Part shown: piece by piece, positions 21,971 through 34,748 of the stretch
Position numbering within the stretch: the first letter of the stretch is position 1
How the letters are laid out: each line of letters opens with the position of its first letter
Source of the DNA: Ylistrum balloti
Taxonomy: Eukaryota
NCBI RefSeq assembly: GCF_031769215.1
Contig: NW_026782189.1
Span: 1-64,000, forward strand
DNA length: 64,000 nt
Direction: 5' to 3'
The notes under the pieces: model-generated
Databases searched by the model: none
What the model was told of the DNA's origin: nothing
The model's input: only the letters and a program-made list of their open reading frames with translations
Position numbers and translations under genes: made by a program

Positions 21971-22659
21971 GAAGTTTAATGACCTGTGGAAGTTTGAGAG
22001 GCTATAACCAGAGACGGGGCTGTATAAACAATTTAAAACGTGATAGTACAAAGTACACGTGATACCATAACAGCTAATATGTAACTGTAACAACACAATA
22101 TAGGATTGTCGATATTTTACATTATGAAACAAGGAGAAAAAATATATTTGTAAGAAAAAAAGTATGGAGAAAGTAGATAATCTGTGATTCTTAACAATGA
22201 ACACATCTATAATCACAGTAAAGATTAATAAAATGTAGATCACAACGTCACCACTTTTCTAGTCATCATTCTGAAACATCGGGGAACATTATACATTACA
22301 GCCATTGTTAAAAAACTAAGACATCTGTATATATGTATATATATATATATGTGTGTATAGTTAAACATGTGAGGAATGACTCAGTGTAACTGACCTTCTC
22401 ATCGTGAACCTATCTTGATGTGACAATACTGGGCGATTATCTTGTCTCTTCTTAGACTCGAAAAAAGTTTCTTTTGAATGATTGAAGGCAGTATTTAATC
22501 ATTGATTTAGTTATTCTTTATATGCATGTCCCATTGTTGTTGATAACAAGGACTTCTCAGAAATGTACATAACCATACATCACTATAGCACTCCACTTGT
22601 CTCTTGATTTGTATAGAAACGTGATTTTACATTTTATATGCATGGGTTATGACAGAGCT

Positions 22660-23660
22660 ACTACTGATTTCTCGTCTGTATAGTGATTTCTCGACTGTAA
22701 AGCGATTTCTTGTCTGTTTAGTAATTTCTCGTCAGAAAACTGATTTCTCGTCTGTATAGCTACTCCTCCTCAGTATAAAGATTTCTCGTCTGCATAGCGA
22801 TTTCTCGTCTGTATAGCTACTCCTCCTCAGTATAAAGATTTCTCGTCTGCATAGCGATTTCTCGTCTGTATAGCTACTCCTCCTCAGTATAAAGATTTCT
22901 CGTCTGCATAGCGATTTCTCGTCTGTATAGCGATTCCTCCTCAGTATAAAGATTTCTGGTCTGTATACTGATTTCACGTCTGTATAGTGATTTCTCGTCA
23001 GCATATTGTTTTCTCGTCTGTATAGTGATTTCTAGACTGTATAGGGATTTTTTGTCTGTATAGTGATTTCTCGTCAGAATACTGATTTCTCGTCTGTATA
23101 GCGATTCCTTCTCAGTGTAAAGATTTCTCGTCTGTATAGTGATTTCTCGTCAGCATACTGATTTCTCGTCTGTATAGTGATTTCTCGTCTGTATAGCGAT
23201 TCCTCCTCAGTATAAAGATTTCTCGTCTGTATAGTGATTCCTCAACAGTATAAAGATTTCTGGTCTGTATAGTGATTTCTCGTCAGCATACTGATTTCTC
23301 GTCTGTATACTGATTTATCGTCAGCATACTGATTTATCGTAATCACTGTTATTTCTCGTCATTATACTGATTTCTCTTCGCTATAGTGATTTCTCGTCAG
23401 CATACTGATTTCTCGTCTGTATAGTCATTTCTCCTCTGTATAAAGATTTCTCATCTGTATAGTGATTTCTCGTCTGTATAGTGATTTCTCTTCGCTATAG
23501 TGATTTCTCTTCGCTATAGTGATTTCTCGTCATTATACTGATTTATGTATAGAATAGCGATTTCTCGTCACAGTAATTGCATAATGTCAGTATATTGATT
23601 TATCGTTAGTATAGTGACTTGTCATAATAGTGACCTCTCTTCAGTATAGCGATTTCTCGT
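22660..23660 (+). repeat. 19-bp-based minisatellite with local 57-bp (3x19) higher-order units
   Basis: Core GATTTCTCGTCTGTATAGT. The 57-bp unit is exact in about 22745-22920 and gives the 19-aa repeat ORF 22732-23004. Confidence 0.9.
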
Positions 23661-25089
23661 CATTGCAATTATACGTCAGTATATTTTTTTCGTTAGCATA
23701 GTAATTCCTAGTTATCAATTTGAGAATATTTCCTTAGATTGAATTCAGTTTTCATGGCGTAGCGGATATTAACCCCATACACTAGTAACATTTGCTTAGC
23801 AGTATTTCGAAGCAGTTCGTCGTCGTGATTCGTGTAGGTGGATAGTTTTTACATTGTTCAGGTGACTGACTTAACGTTTGATGATAATGTAAAGCAGTAC
23901 ATGTATATGTATAAGAGACATAAGTAGTAAAAGCTATCTTTTATTGAAATGTTATATATTAGCAGTTGTGACGCTGTTAAATATAACATTAATTATCATT
24001 ATTCTACGAAGTATAATTTGTTGAAAGGCCATATTCAGATTCATCTATACAAATCATGGTTATGTGCTATATATTTCACTGTGGTAATGTGTGTGTCATT
24101 TGTTTTTTCTCGTGTTTTTTATTATTCAGCCCCTAATTAGAACAGATGACAAAGACTTCAGTAAATTTGTTTTTATGTCCTGCCCTAGTTATAACCTGTA
24201 GTATAAAGTCATTGGTTATTGTCGATTCTCAAGTGATATTCTGTGATAATTCAGTAATGTTGAATGTCCATCTGTCTTGTTTTCCTGATAAATCAGTCCA
24301 TGATAATCTCCTGATGTTGATATCGTGAAGTTACCAGTCAAAGTAGGATTGTTCATGTACCGGTCAGTGTGACAAAGACCGATCGCCAATTGAGAGAAAA
24401 GACGTACGGAGGGTCTAGTAATTGGTTAAGCACTTGATAGCCGACATTGCATGCCTTTTTAGCACGTCTATCACACTGGCTGCAGGTGTGGAGACAATGC
24501 TAGCTATAAGTGGTTTATTTAGTAAACTGTAAACATTGAAGCATTGGAGGAAATGAGAGATGGTGCTGAGGAGTTTCCCATAATACTGACAGGCGGGACA
24601 CTAGGGGGAGTACGCTATTTCACACAATATACCTCGAATTAATTAATACGAGTCCATGGAGTCTGCGTGGTCGGCTCCTGTTGCTAGGATTAGTGAAACG
24701 CTGACCTCCGTTACGCCCCTCACCACGCCCCATCCTCCATTTACAATACCCAATCTGTCCCTCCACACCTCACCACCGCTGTCATTGTTCGAGTAGTCAA
24801 TGAGTTTGAGAATACTGTAACATAATGACCAATCCTAACACTTGAGAGAGGTAGAGATATTACAAAACTGTTTTAACGTCTAAATATGATGTTACTTCCC
24901 GTCGTCTTTTTTTCTTTTCTTTTTTTTTATAAATGACAGAAATTGGGACACTGGAATCATCATTGTTTGGTTATCAAATCTCTCATTCGATATCAGATTT
25001 AGAAAGGTATAATCATGAATTTAGCAGTAATTGGAGCACTGAGGAAAATCACATGTTGTGATTTAACTCATTTGTCTATTAATATATAT

Positions 25090-25705
25090 TGATATCACAA
25101 CAGCGGTATATTGATATCATGCATTAATATAATCATACAAAATGTAATACAAATATATTGATATCATAGATTAATGTAACCATACAAAATGTAATACAGT
25201 TATATTGATATCATAAAACTGGTGTATTTCTAATATTACCATACAAAATGTAATACAAATATATAGATATCATAACATGGTATATTAACATCATAATCCT
25301 ACTAAATGTAATACAAATATATAGATATCATAACATGGTATATTGACATCATCATCCTACTAAACGTAAAACAAATATATTGACATCATAATCCTACTAA
25401 ACGTAAAACAAATATATTGACATCATATTCCTACTAAATGTAATACAAATATATAGCTATCATAACATGGTATATTGACATCATAATCCTACTAAACGTA
25501 ATACAGTTATATTGACATCATAATCCTACTAAATGTAATACAGTTATATTGACATCATAATCCTACTAAATGTAATACAGTTATATTGACATCATAATCC
25601 TACTAAATGTAATACAGTTATATTGACATTATAATCCTACTAAATGTAATACAGTTATATTGACATCATAATACTACTAAATGACATACAGTTATATTGA
25701 CATCA
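25090..25705 (+). repeat. 37-bp minisatellite
   Basis: Unit TATTGACATCATAATCCTACTAAATGTAATACAGTTA, most homogeneous at 25510-25690. Confidence 0.9.
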
Positions 25706-27017
25706 AAATACTGGTATGGCAGATGTTAACGGTGATTTGTTGTATTGTTGAACCACGTGGTGAAATGTCCAGGTTTTTTTAGGGTGGCTCTCACAAGTGT
25801 TCCGCGTATGAGTGAATTTTGTTGATTTAACACTAGGTGGAAACTAATCAAAATTATTGTAATACATTATCGAGTAATTAACCATCGTTTTGTCGTCACT
25901 ACACTCACGTGATAACGACAAACATCACTTTTATAACACGACATGGGCGTAGTGGTTGTGTTTAATGTGTGAACAATACACATTTGATTTTAACTTGCTA
26001 TATTTAGCACGTTAAACGAAACATCAGATGACACACCATATGACCAGTTTTTTTTTTACATCAAATATGGTAGCATATCAGACATTAGGGGAAACCCGTA
26101 TTTGACACCTTGCCTGTCCATTGGTACTGATAACAATGAATACCGAATGTCACTTTAATATGCTGGAACACGTTCTGATTGTCTAACCGAGATATGGATG
26201 TGAGAAAAATCTTTAGACATGATACGTTCTGTATTTATCACACTTTAGATATACGTTATCGTCCGGTTTTATACATTGGGTAAATCCTGTGGTCCTCTAC
26301 ATAAAATAAGAGAAGACAGATCTACCGAATCAATAAACATCCAATGACGTCAAACACCAGCGGTATCGTTATATATACATTTTCTACTGTTTTGTCGGTC
26401 GCTTCATGATGTCACATGTATGCACATCTTTGAATAAATATGTCTTCGAAAATACTAATTTGACGAATTTAGTTTAACGTCGAAGTATACGTAACTTAAT
26501 GCAAACATTCTGTACATGTGTATACTCCCTGTAAAAGTGTATTCTTGAAGAAAAAATACAAGATATTGTGAAAGTGTCCCGAGACAGAGTAAGAAAAGTG
26601 AATCTACCTTCATACTCCAGATATTGCACGTGTTAGCATCATATGTGCCGTTAAGAGAAATTCACTTACGATAGTAACTACACATATGTCTGTAATAAGA
26701 TGCAGTATAGATTTTAATGCGCTTTCAATTTGGTACATTGGTTGTAATGTGTTCGGATAAGTTCAAATTTTAAAAAAAAACCAAATACCTATAGGCCCCT
26801 CAGTCATATCACAGATGTGTCCTAGAAGGACGTATCAGCTTTATGGTACGATTCAATTATTTTATTTATCTATTTCTTTATTTGTTTTTTTTTTTCTTTA
26901 CTGGATCTACTTTTAAATTCGTATTGAAAAATGCTTTTTCTCCGGAGTCATTTATGTTAAACCCTTAACACACCGTTTAAGAAAATGACAGGAAATGATC
27001 ACCAGTGAATAATATAG

Positions 27018-27560
27018 ACAAGAGGCCCGTGGGCCTTGATGGTTATCTGACACAGAGAACGTATGTGCTGTTCCACACAAAATTTATGAAAAATTGGTGA
27101 GGCATGTCAGACGAGAATAATTTCAAATCCACATTCCCCGATTTCTCCTAATGGGCTTCACCCCTTGGATCTCTACGGCTGCTATACCTTCAGTAATATC
27201 CAATATGTTTACCTTACCCGCATGATCTTTCAGACCAGAAGAGAGTTATAAATAAAAATTTAAGAATGTTAAAATTTGGACCCCGCCCCCGTGTCATCAT
27301 CAGGGATCGAATCAACTTCAACCAAATTTTTACCTTACGAGTCTTGGGTCGCTATACTTTCACAAATATTTCAGGCCAAATTTGGGTGAAATATGTTCAG
27401 GCATACAATGTGTATAAAACACTATTTATTATAGATCCATTTCAAAAGTTGAATATATTAGAGGAGATTCCTTCGTAGTCACTCCACATAAAACTTTCAA
27501 CATAGAACAAAGTTCTGAAATGCCCTAAAATCTCTCACCTTATACTTACACTGAAACTTT
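27018..27560 (-). mobile_element. HINE/Helentron-associated-like element, reverse orientation
   Basis: Terminal palindrome ACAAGAGGCCCGTGGGCCTT; internal GGACCCCGCCCCC and AACTTCAACCAAATTTT core-like segments. Boundaries approximate. Confidence 0.4.
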
Positions 27561-30500
27561 TATGGGGTGTAATTAACATTGCGTCTTTCGGCTCCGCAAA
27601 TATTCCTCCCTTAGTTCACAAGCAGAGTAGTTTGGGAGATGTCTTCTCACTATACTCGGGTTGACAACCTTTGGGTAGGTCATTCTTCCTACTGTATTCA
27701 AAATGACCCAACCAATATCTTATTGAATAATACCAACTATACACAACTTTCTGTAGTCGTGTCTCAATATATTTTGATCGTCATTGATCTCCTCTTTGGT
27801 TGAAAGTCTCCCTTTAGTTTAGGAGGCAACATAGATAAAATCGATGTTTTTTCTTGTAATTCCATCCATAAGGTCAGCCTCTATTTCGGGCAGCCCCTTA
27901 ATCTGTGAGATTCATGGCGGTACAATTGACGTGACAGAGCAATGGCCTTTATCCGTGTATTAACATATATCACAAAACAAACAGTTTGGTACCTATATCA
28001 ATTTTTATTGTTTACATACTACATAAATATCTTGTGTGGTGGATGTTTTCACACTTATCAAACGACAGGTACGTTCCCAATATCAGATGTGCTCATTGCT
28101 TTTCAGAAATTTGGATCCTATGCTTACACAATGTACTTATTCTCCATATAACATGTAACAATGAGAGCATTGCTAAGCATTTAAAAGCAGAACCTAAACA
28201 TCAAAATTTTGACGACTTTTTGTATAATTAAGTGAAATTTATTTTTTGTGTACTTAAACTGAACTTTGTACCTTCTTCTGTCAAGATTTCTATTCATAGT
28301 TAAATTGTTCCTTAATCTGATACACAGAATAATAAAAAGAAAATTCTGGTCATATAATTTCATCACTTTCGAAGTATTAAAAGACAGATTTGGCCAATAA
28401 AAAGAAAGACAATTCTCCACTACAATATCCTTGTACAGTGTTGTCAAACATACACAAAGACAGCAACATGATAAGAAAAGATATTATCAGTCCCAAGTAA
28501 GTTAATCACTGAGACAATAACCACAAGAAATATGGCAGATGTGGATATCAACAGTGACTAATGCACAATCTGACAGCTGTTAACTGTGTTAATATACACA
28601 GAACAATTTGAGACAAAGTTTGAGTAAAAAACATCTAAATGCCTAAACACATAGTGATGTTGTATGCCATATTTTTTTCCATCCAATCTTGTCTCTAGCA
28701 AGCATAAAATCATTGATACCAAAATCTTCACAACTATTACGATTTAAAATACAAAGCATAAATTTATTACAAATCATGATAACTTTTCCAGGCTCATACA
28801 TTATACATTATATACAACCTGTTACATTTCATAAACATGGAATTTTCATTCCCCCTACCATTCATTGTAGGATTACAAAATCCATCTGCATGTACTTCAA
28901 CATACAGGATACCAACATAAAATTTTTTTTAAATAAAAACAGTTCTATCATACGAAGTGCAAAAGTATGTATTGCCATATGTGAAAGTTTCAACATCTTG
29001 ACATTTTTTCAAAGATGATAAACTCTACTTGTACATACAATTGTCTTTATTTCCTACCAAAAGCTTGTTCATTTACAAGTGAGTGTTTCCATATTCAGAT
29101 TCTTAAAATGCTTAGTGCAGTTACAAATGTATTGCAAATCTGTAAATAGGTTGGTGGACGTTTTAAGAGACAAACTAATAAAGCATTGAAGAAACTGAAT
29201 CATTTTTACAAAAAATAACGATTGACTATGCCTTCTCATGATTAGGTAAAATGTCTGATATACTTTATTGATACAAATATCGCAAATAAAAAATCTACAT
29301 TTTATATATAGTAACTAAACACCTAAATCAAATGTTACTGTAAATCCGGTTTATTGCACTAAAATATCTGTCTACATACTAATTATATATTTTCTCAAAG
29401 GAAAAAACAATGTGGACTCCAAATGTCACATAGAGATACCATCTCTGCAGACTTGGAAAAACATTGGCTATTTTATGCCTAGAAAAACAGAATATGTCAG
29501 ATTGAAGATAATATTTTGTTTCAAAGCATGGTTTAATTTCAATTATTGTAAGTTAAGTCTGTACAATACAGAAAATATGTACAATTTCTTCCTAATATCA
29601 CATGTTTGGTTATGCTGAATTGATCTAATGATAGGGTAAGATTTTCAAGCTATAATACAGATTGAGTTTGTTTATCTATAATAGAAAACCGGCTTAACAA
29701 CAACAAATGGAAATGAATAAATAGCAATAAAGACAAGCTCCATATATATTATTTCATATTTAACGGAATGAATTGTAAGACATTGTGATCAGTACTGCGA
29801 GTCAATATTGATCAGTGTGCTAGTAAATCCCTATATACACTTTAATTTGCTGGCTACACGATAGTGACATTGAAGTAATCTCATTAACATTTAATCTTTT
29901 TTTTTTTTTCATTTTGGTATTTGACTCTCGCCATACTTCATATAAAAATTCTGGTACATGAAACACTCACCACAACATAGTGCTGGATTTTTCTCTCCTC
30001 AAGTCCGTTTTGTTCATAAAAATAATGCCATATCCCAGTCTTTCTACTGTACAACCCACAACAGATATAAATCAGCTTAGCCAAAAAAATACAAAAAAAC
30101 AGAAACAAATGCTTGTATTGCTTTTATACAATTTTGATAGACGTATGAATGTAGAATATGTTATCTGTAACTTTAGAAATCACTATACAAGTACTTCAGT
30201 TTCAGACTGACACTCTGTATCATCTTATTCTTATTGTCACCACTGGTGAGATTTTGTTACAGAAGATCAGTCTGTGACTGAGAAAATTGATCTCTCACAC
30301 AAACAGGTGACAGATTGTATAACAACGCCATCAAATGTATTACTTATAGCTGAAATTCATTCCAATAAAGTTCTATTAGTATCATTTTTTCATTTTTAAG
30401 AGATTTCAGTTTTCAACAATGAACTTAAGTCGTCAAGGCAAACCGAACTATGGTGACAGCAGCATATTTTAACAGAATTATAACTTGTTTTTACAGCACA

Positions 30501-30650
30501 CAATGGTTCACTTTGGTAGGTCCAGCATTAACTTACAGTACCAGGACATTAAAGACTACAATAACATGCCTAAGTGGTCAAGGCATTCTTTACACATGAA
30601 ATGTACATATATGAAATAGATTGAAGAGTCTTTGAGAGATTATTTTCTCA

Positions 30651-33600
30651 TCATGTATTTCTAATTTTGCCTGGAACATAATTCTTGTCAATGACTGGTT
30701 CTTGAAGAAACATGTGTAAACATCTCTCATTCTGGGCCAAGGGATGTCCAGCAACCCTGAAAAAAGAAAATGATATACTGATCAATAGGTTTTCACCATT
30801 ACCAATCCATCAGAATCCAGTGGTGAAATTTAATGTTTCCTCATTTTGACCAACAAACATATATCACCCTGCTACTTTATCAACCTTTTATCTTCAGTAA
30901 AATTCATTTTTTTCAAGATCTAGTCTGTTGTCATATTGACAATGCCATTGACAATGTTCGTTAAAGCAATCAAATCACAGGAAAGAAAAAGGTAATATAG
31001 AAATTAATTCAATGTGTGGATGTGTTACCAAAAACATTAACATTAACTTTAACAAGACAACTCACTTGTTGACAAATTGTTCTAGTCCTTTTCGTCGATC
31101 TTCTATAAATTCATCCTCAAATATACCATCATCTCCTCGGAAGGGCAGCTGACGTTTCCATGCCTTCCCTGGCATGGGTGGTACCACAATCTGTTATAAA
31201 GTGGGATGTAGGATAAAAGTGTGCAAAGAGACAAAAACAAACTAATATGTAGAAGACCAGTGCTTAATAAAATGTTTATTCAAATATATATACTAACCTT
31301 TAAATCATCAATCAAATTAACAATATATCAGAAATATTGCAGCTTTAAGCTTGTTTTTCCAGCTCAAATGTATCTATCTGGGTTTAAGAAATAGGAGGAG
31401 GATTATTAAATGAAGTACTGTTTAAATTAAAAACAGACATACAAATACCCTCTATCCCGATCTACACTTATATTTGGGATAATTTAGTTGAACAAATCCT
31501 AATAATAATGAATTGAAACCTAAGGGAAGGCAAACTTTGAATGTTGAATTGACATCACTGCATGAGAATACCTTATCACATAGCTATTTACTAATTACCT
31601 TGCTGTCTCGCTCCAACTCATTCCGCAACCATTCAAAATCACTGTACCGTCGACGAACACTAGACTCCTTCACCTTGAAAACTGGTAAGTTTGTCTGTAA
31701 AATTTAGATTGAAAAACATGTATTTTTACAACACAAGTTTTTAAGACATCATTCCTTGCTTTTATCCATATAATTAGTATGCTTATATTTACAGACACTA
31801 TTGTATTTTCGAAGAACATATCAATTTCATGGACATTTGATTTCATGCACAAATATAGTTCAATAAACGTCCTCACACTAATTATAACAGTCCATGGATT
31901 AATGAATTTCTGGACACAAGTATCAATAAAATCAATGAAAATAAATACCTCTTCAAAATGATTTATTTCAAAGCAGATATTGACTTTTAAAGTGAATTTT
32001 GGAAGAAAAAAGAATTGCAGATAAACATTCATAATGGTAGTAAATATTACAGAATGAGTTTAACATCAACTCATCAGCATGGGTTGAAAATATCCCATCA
32101 TCATATAAACACTTTGTACTAGTCACAGGTGGCTCTGTTCAGCTGATCTTTCAACATCTTACCTTGACAAGCAAATGCTTTTTAAGAATGATTACTACTG
32201 CATAATGAAATGACAATTAAAAAAAGTTCCCTTGCACAGATCTTATGAGTAACTTGAGCTTATGGTATTCCCCAGATAAACCCAGTGACTTTTAGGACAC
32301 AGATATACCAGTCTTATGCCTTATACTTTTTCCCAAATCTTTGAAACTGACTTGATCTCAAAGTAATCATGCTGGGGAAAAATGTGATGAAAATAATTGC
32401 AGACCTCTGATATATGGTACCTAAGCCATGTTTCATGACATATATGACAAAATATTTTGCCAAGGACATAAGGACTGGCTAAATGTTTGTTTATTAATCA
32501 TGTATGTGCTGTTATGTGTCCATAAGGTTGTTATGTTCCAGTGGTCCTGAGAGAGTGATGTCAGAATTAATCCTATACTTTGTTTTTGCTCTTATTATTT
32601 TTGGAAATTTGAAAAAAGTAGTGATAATAATCTTTGACTGGCAAATTCAAGATGGCTGCATGACAGCAATTTTGTTTTTCTGAAACAATCTCAATATCAA
32701 AAGGGCACAAATACATAGGGATCAAAGGGAACCTATATACGAGAGTAATATATGCAGGATTTTGGACCAGCGAGTTCTGAACTCCCTGTTGTTCCCAGAG
32801 AAAATCAGCAGGTCCCAGGCAAAATCAGTGAGCTCTAGTTTCACACACAATACTTGCACCCATTCAAACCAACACGTTCACTAAAATATCCACCAAAATA
32901 TGGTAATTCATATATATGTATAGATGTTTTTTTATATGTGGTATACATTGGATTTATACTAAAATAAGTGTTTTTTTGACAAGGAATATAAATCCATCTT
33001 CTTTACTCTGATAATTTTTTTATTCTTATTTTTGCTTTTGAATTAACAGTCATTTTCTGATGGTACATGGCTCAGGCCTGGTTGATTGTGTTGTAAATGT
33101 GAGTGAAATTTAATTATCAGTTTCATAACCACAACATTTTATAATCGTGTAGTCATTGGTGTCTTCCCTCTCAAGTAAAAGCAATGATTAAGCTTACAAA
33201 CTTAATTTTGTAAATAAGAATTTCAACAATATCAATAGAAAATACAGATAAGAGGTGAAAGATGCTGTTTCCAATGTTAATTATCAACAAAATTGAATGA
33301 AAATAAAAAAAGAACTAATGCAATTTGTGATGTACAAAACAAAAACAACACCTCAAACATGTATGCAGACACGTTCTATATAGAAATGGAGCCACCAGAT
33401 GGATTTCAGCAATTACAAGATGTATAATTTTGCATTCTCAAAATTGCTAACCTACATGAAATCTAACAAGAATGCAACAAGCCTTTCCCAAGAAATAGCA
33501 ACAACAAACACTTATTGTCAAAATTCAAGATGGTCATCTTTCAGCAGTTTTGTTTGGCTGATTAAGAGGCACAAGTAAGGATCTAACAACATATATCATT

Positions 33601-34386
33601 TGTATGAAATTTGATCCATCTGACACTCAGTAAGAAATCAAGTTAACAATTTTTCATAGCAAGCCAACATCCAAGATGGCCACCTGTCAGCCAATCCGTC
33701 CTTCTTAAATTCCAAGAGGGCCGCCAGTGAGCCATTTTGTATTTCTGGATAGTCCAAAAATAAAAAGGGCACAACTTGGGACCAAAGGCAAATTTTGTGA
33801 AACATACGTCCAGTGTTTCTCCAGAAATAGCAATAATCTTAATCGTGATCTTTATATAGTCCATTGGTTTATGGCAGCTGTCATAATGAACACGAAAAAC
33901 GCATTGTGAACAGATATATACACATATAAACGTACACAACGGCATTAATAACAATCATAAGTAACCAATTCTTCAACTGTCAATATCACACACTAATGAG
34001 CATGAAGCGAAATGGTCGCATTTCACAATATCATAATTTTAGTCAATGTCAATAAATTTCACACAAAACGAATAAACACTTCCAACTTTTAATACTAAAA
34101 GAACCAAAAGAAGACAGATCATGGGGGTAAACTATGATAATGCAGATAACACGAGACCGTTCTATTTTTTACGAAAAAACAAAGCAATCGAAGCTTCCGG
34201 ATTTCTGACTTCGCATATTCAACTTACTCTCATACGGACTTCATAATCCGTATATCGCTTCTTTTCCACGCCATGTGTTTGAGGGTCTAGAATATCTATC
34301 TCCAGAAAATTCGCTGGAGGAGAATATGCGTCTTCCAATGTCTGTTTTTTAGTAGTAATACGGGCTGTCGCTGGCTGGGCAGTCAT
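30651..34386 (-). CDS. SNX3: Sorting nexin 3/12 (PX domain), 161 aa
   Basis: Four GT-AG exons 34386-34228, 31694-31599, 31190-31066, 30756-30651 translate without stops: MTAQP...PPANFLEID...KKRYTDYEVRMR|TNLPVFKVKESSVRRRYSDFEWLRNELERDSK|IVVPPMPGKAWKRQLPFRGDDGIF...|VAGHPLAQNERCLHMFLQ...PGKIRNT*. Confidence 0.97.
33380..33860 (-). mobile_element. Degenerate HINE-like repeat in SNX3 intron 1
   Basis: Recurrent CAAGATGG(C/T)CA motifs and a segment resembling the reverse complement of the 63.1-64 kb core repeat. Confidence 0.35.
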
Positions 34387-34748
34387 TTCGCTGCAACTCC
34401 TACAGCACTTATATCGATGACATCACCAGTACTTGTGTATATGTTAAAAACAAATTCTGTAACAGAGTGACTGAAAATTATGTCCGGAAAAAAATAAATA
34501 GACATCAGAAAATGATTATATATACAATATATTACATATTTTTTAATGTAAAGTTATAATATCTAAAAAACAGATATTTTATTTCTGTTTCTAAGTTTTT
34601 GTTTTTCGTCTTTTCAGTGTTATTACCTGAATGATATGCCGTTATCGCGAGGCGTGAAAAATATCAACGAACGTCGTGAACTGCTGATGTTCACGAATAA
34701 CGTGCCCACGAAAGTCAAATGACATGAAGGACAGTTCGTGCTCTCGAA
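34387..34748. promoter_or_regulatory. Bidirectional promoter / 5' UTR region shared by SNX3 and AFG1L
   Basis: Divergent start codons only 362 bp apart (34386 minus, 34749 plus). Confidence 0.6.

Noticed and set aside
22732-23004. ORF with YTDEKSLCRREIFILRRSS repeats
   Set aside because: Translation of the 57-bp higher-order repeat; no start context or splice support.
24360-24830. Possible enhancer (TAATT, CCAAT and TGACAG motifs, C-rich patch)
   Set aside because: Short motifs alone are not evidence without cross-species conservation or chromatin data.
27266-30210. Numerous 60-110 aa ORFs in the AT-rich region 3' of SNX3
   Set aside because: Low-complexity composition, non-ATG starts and no motifs; consistent with UTR or intergenic noise.
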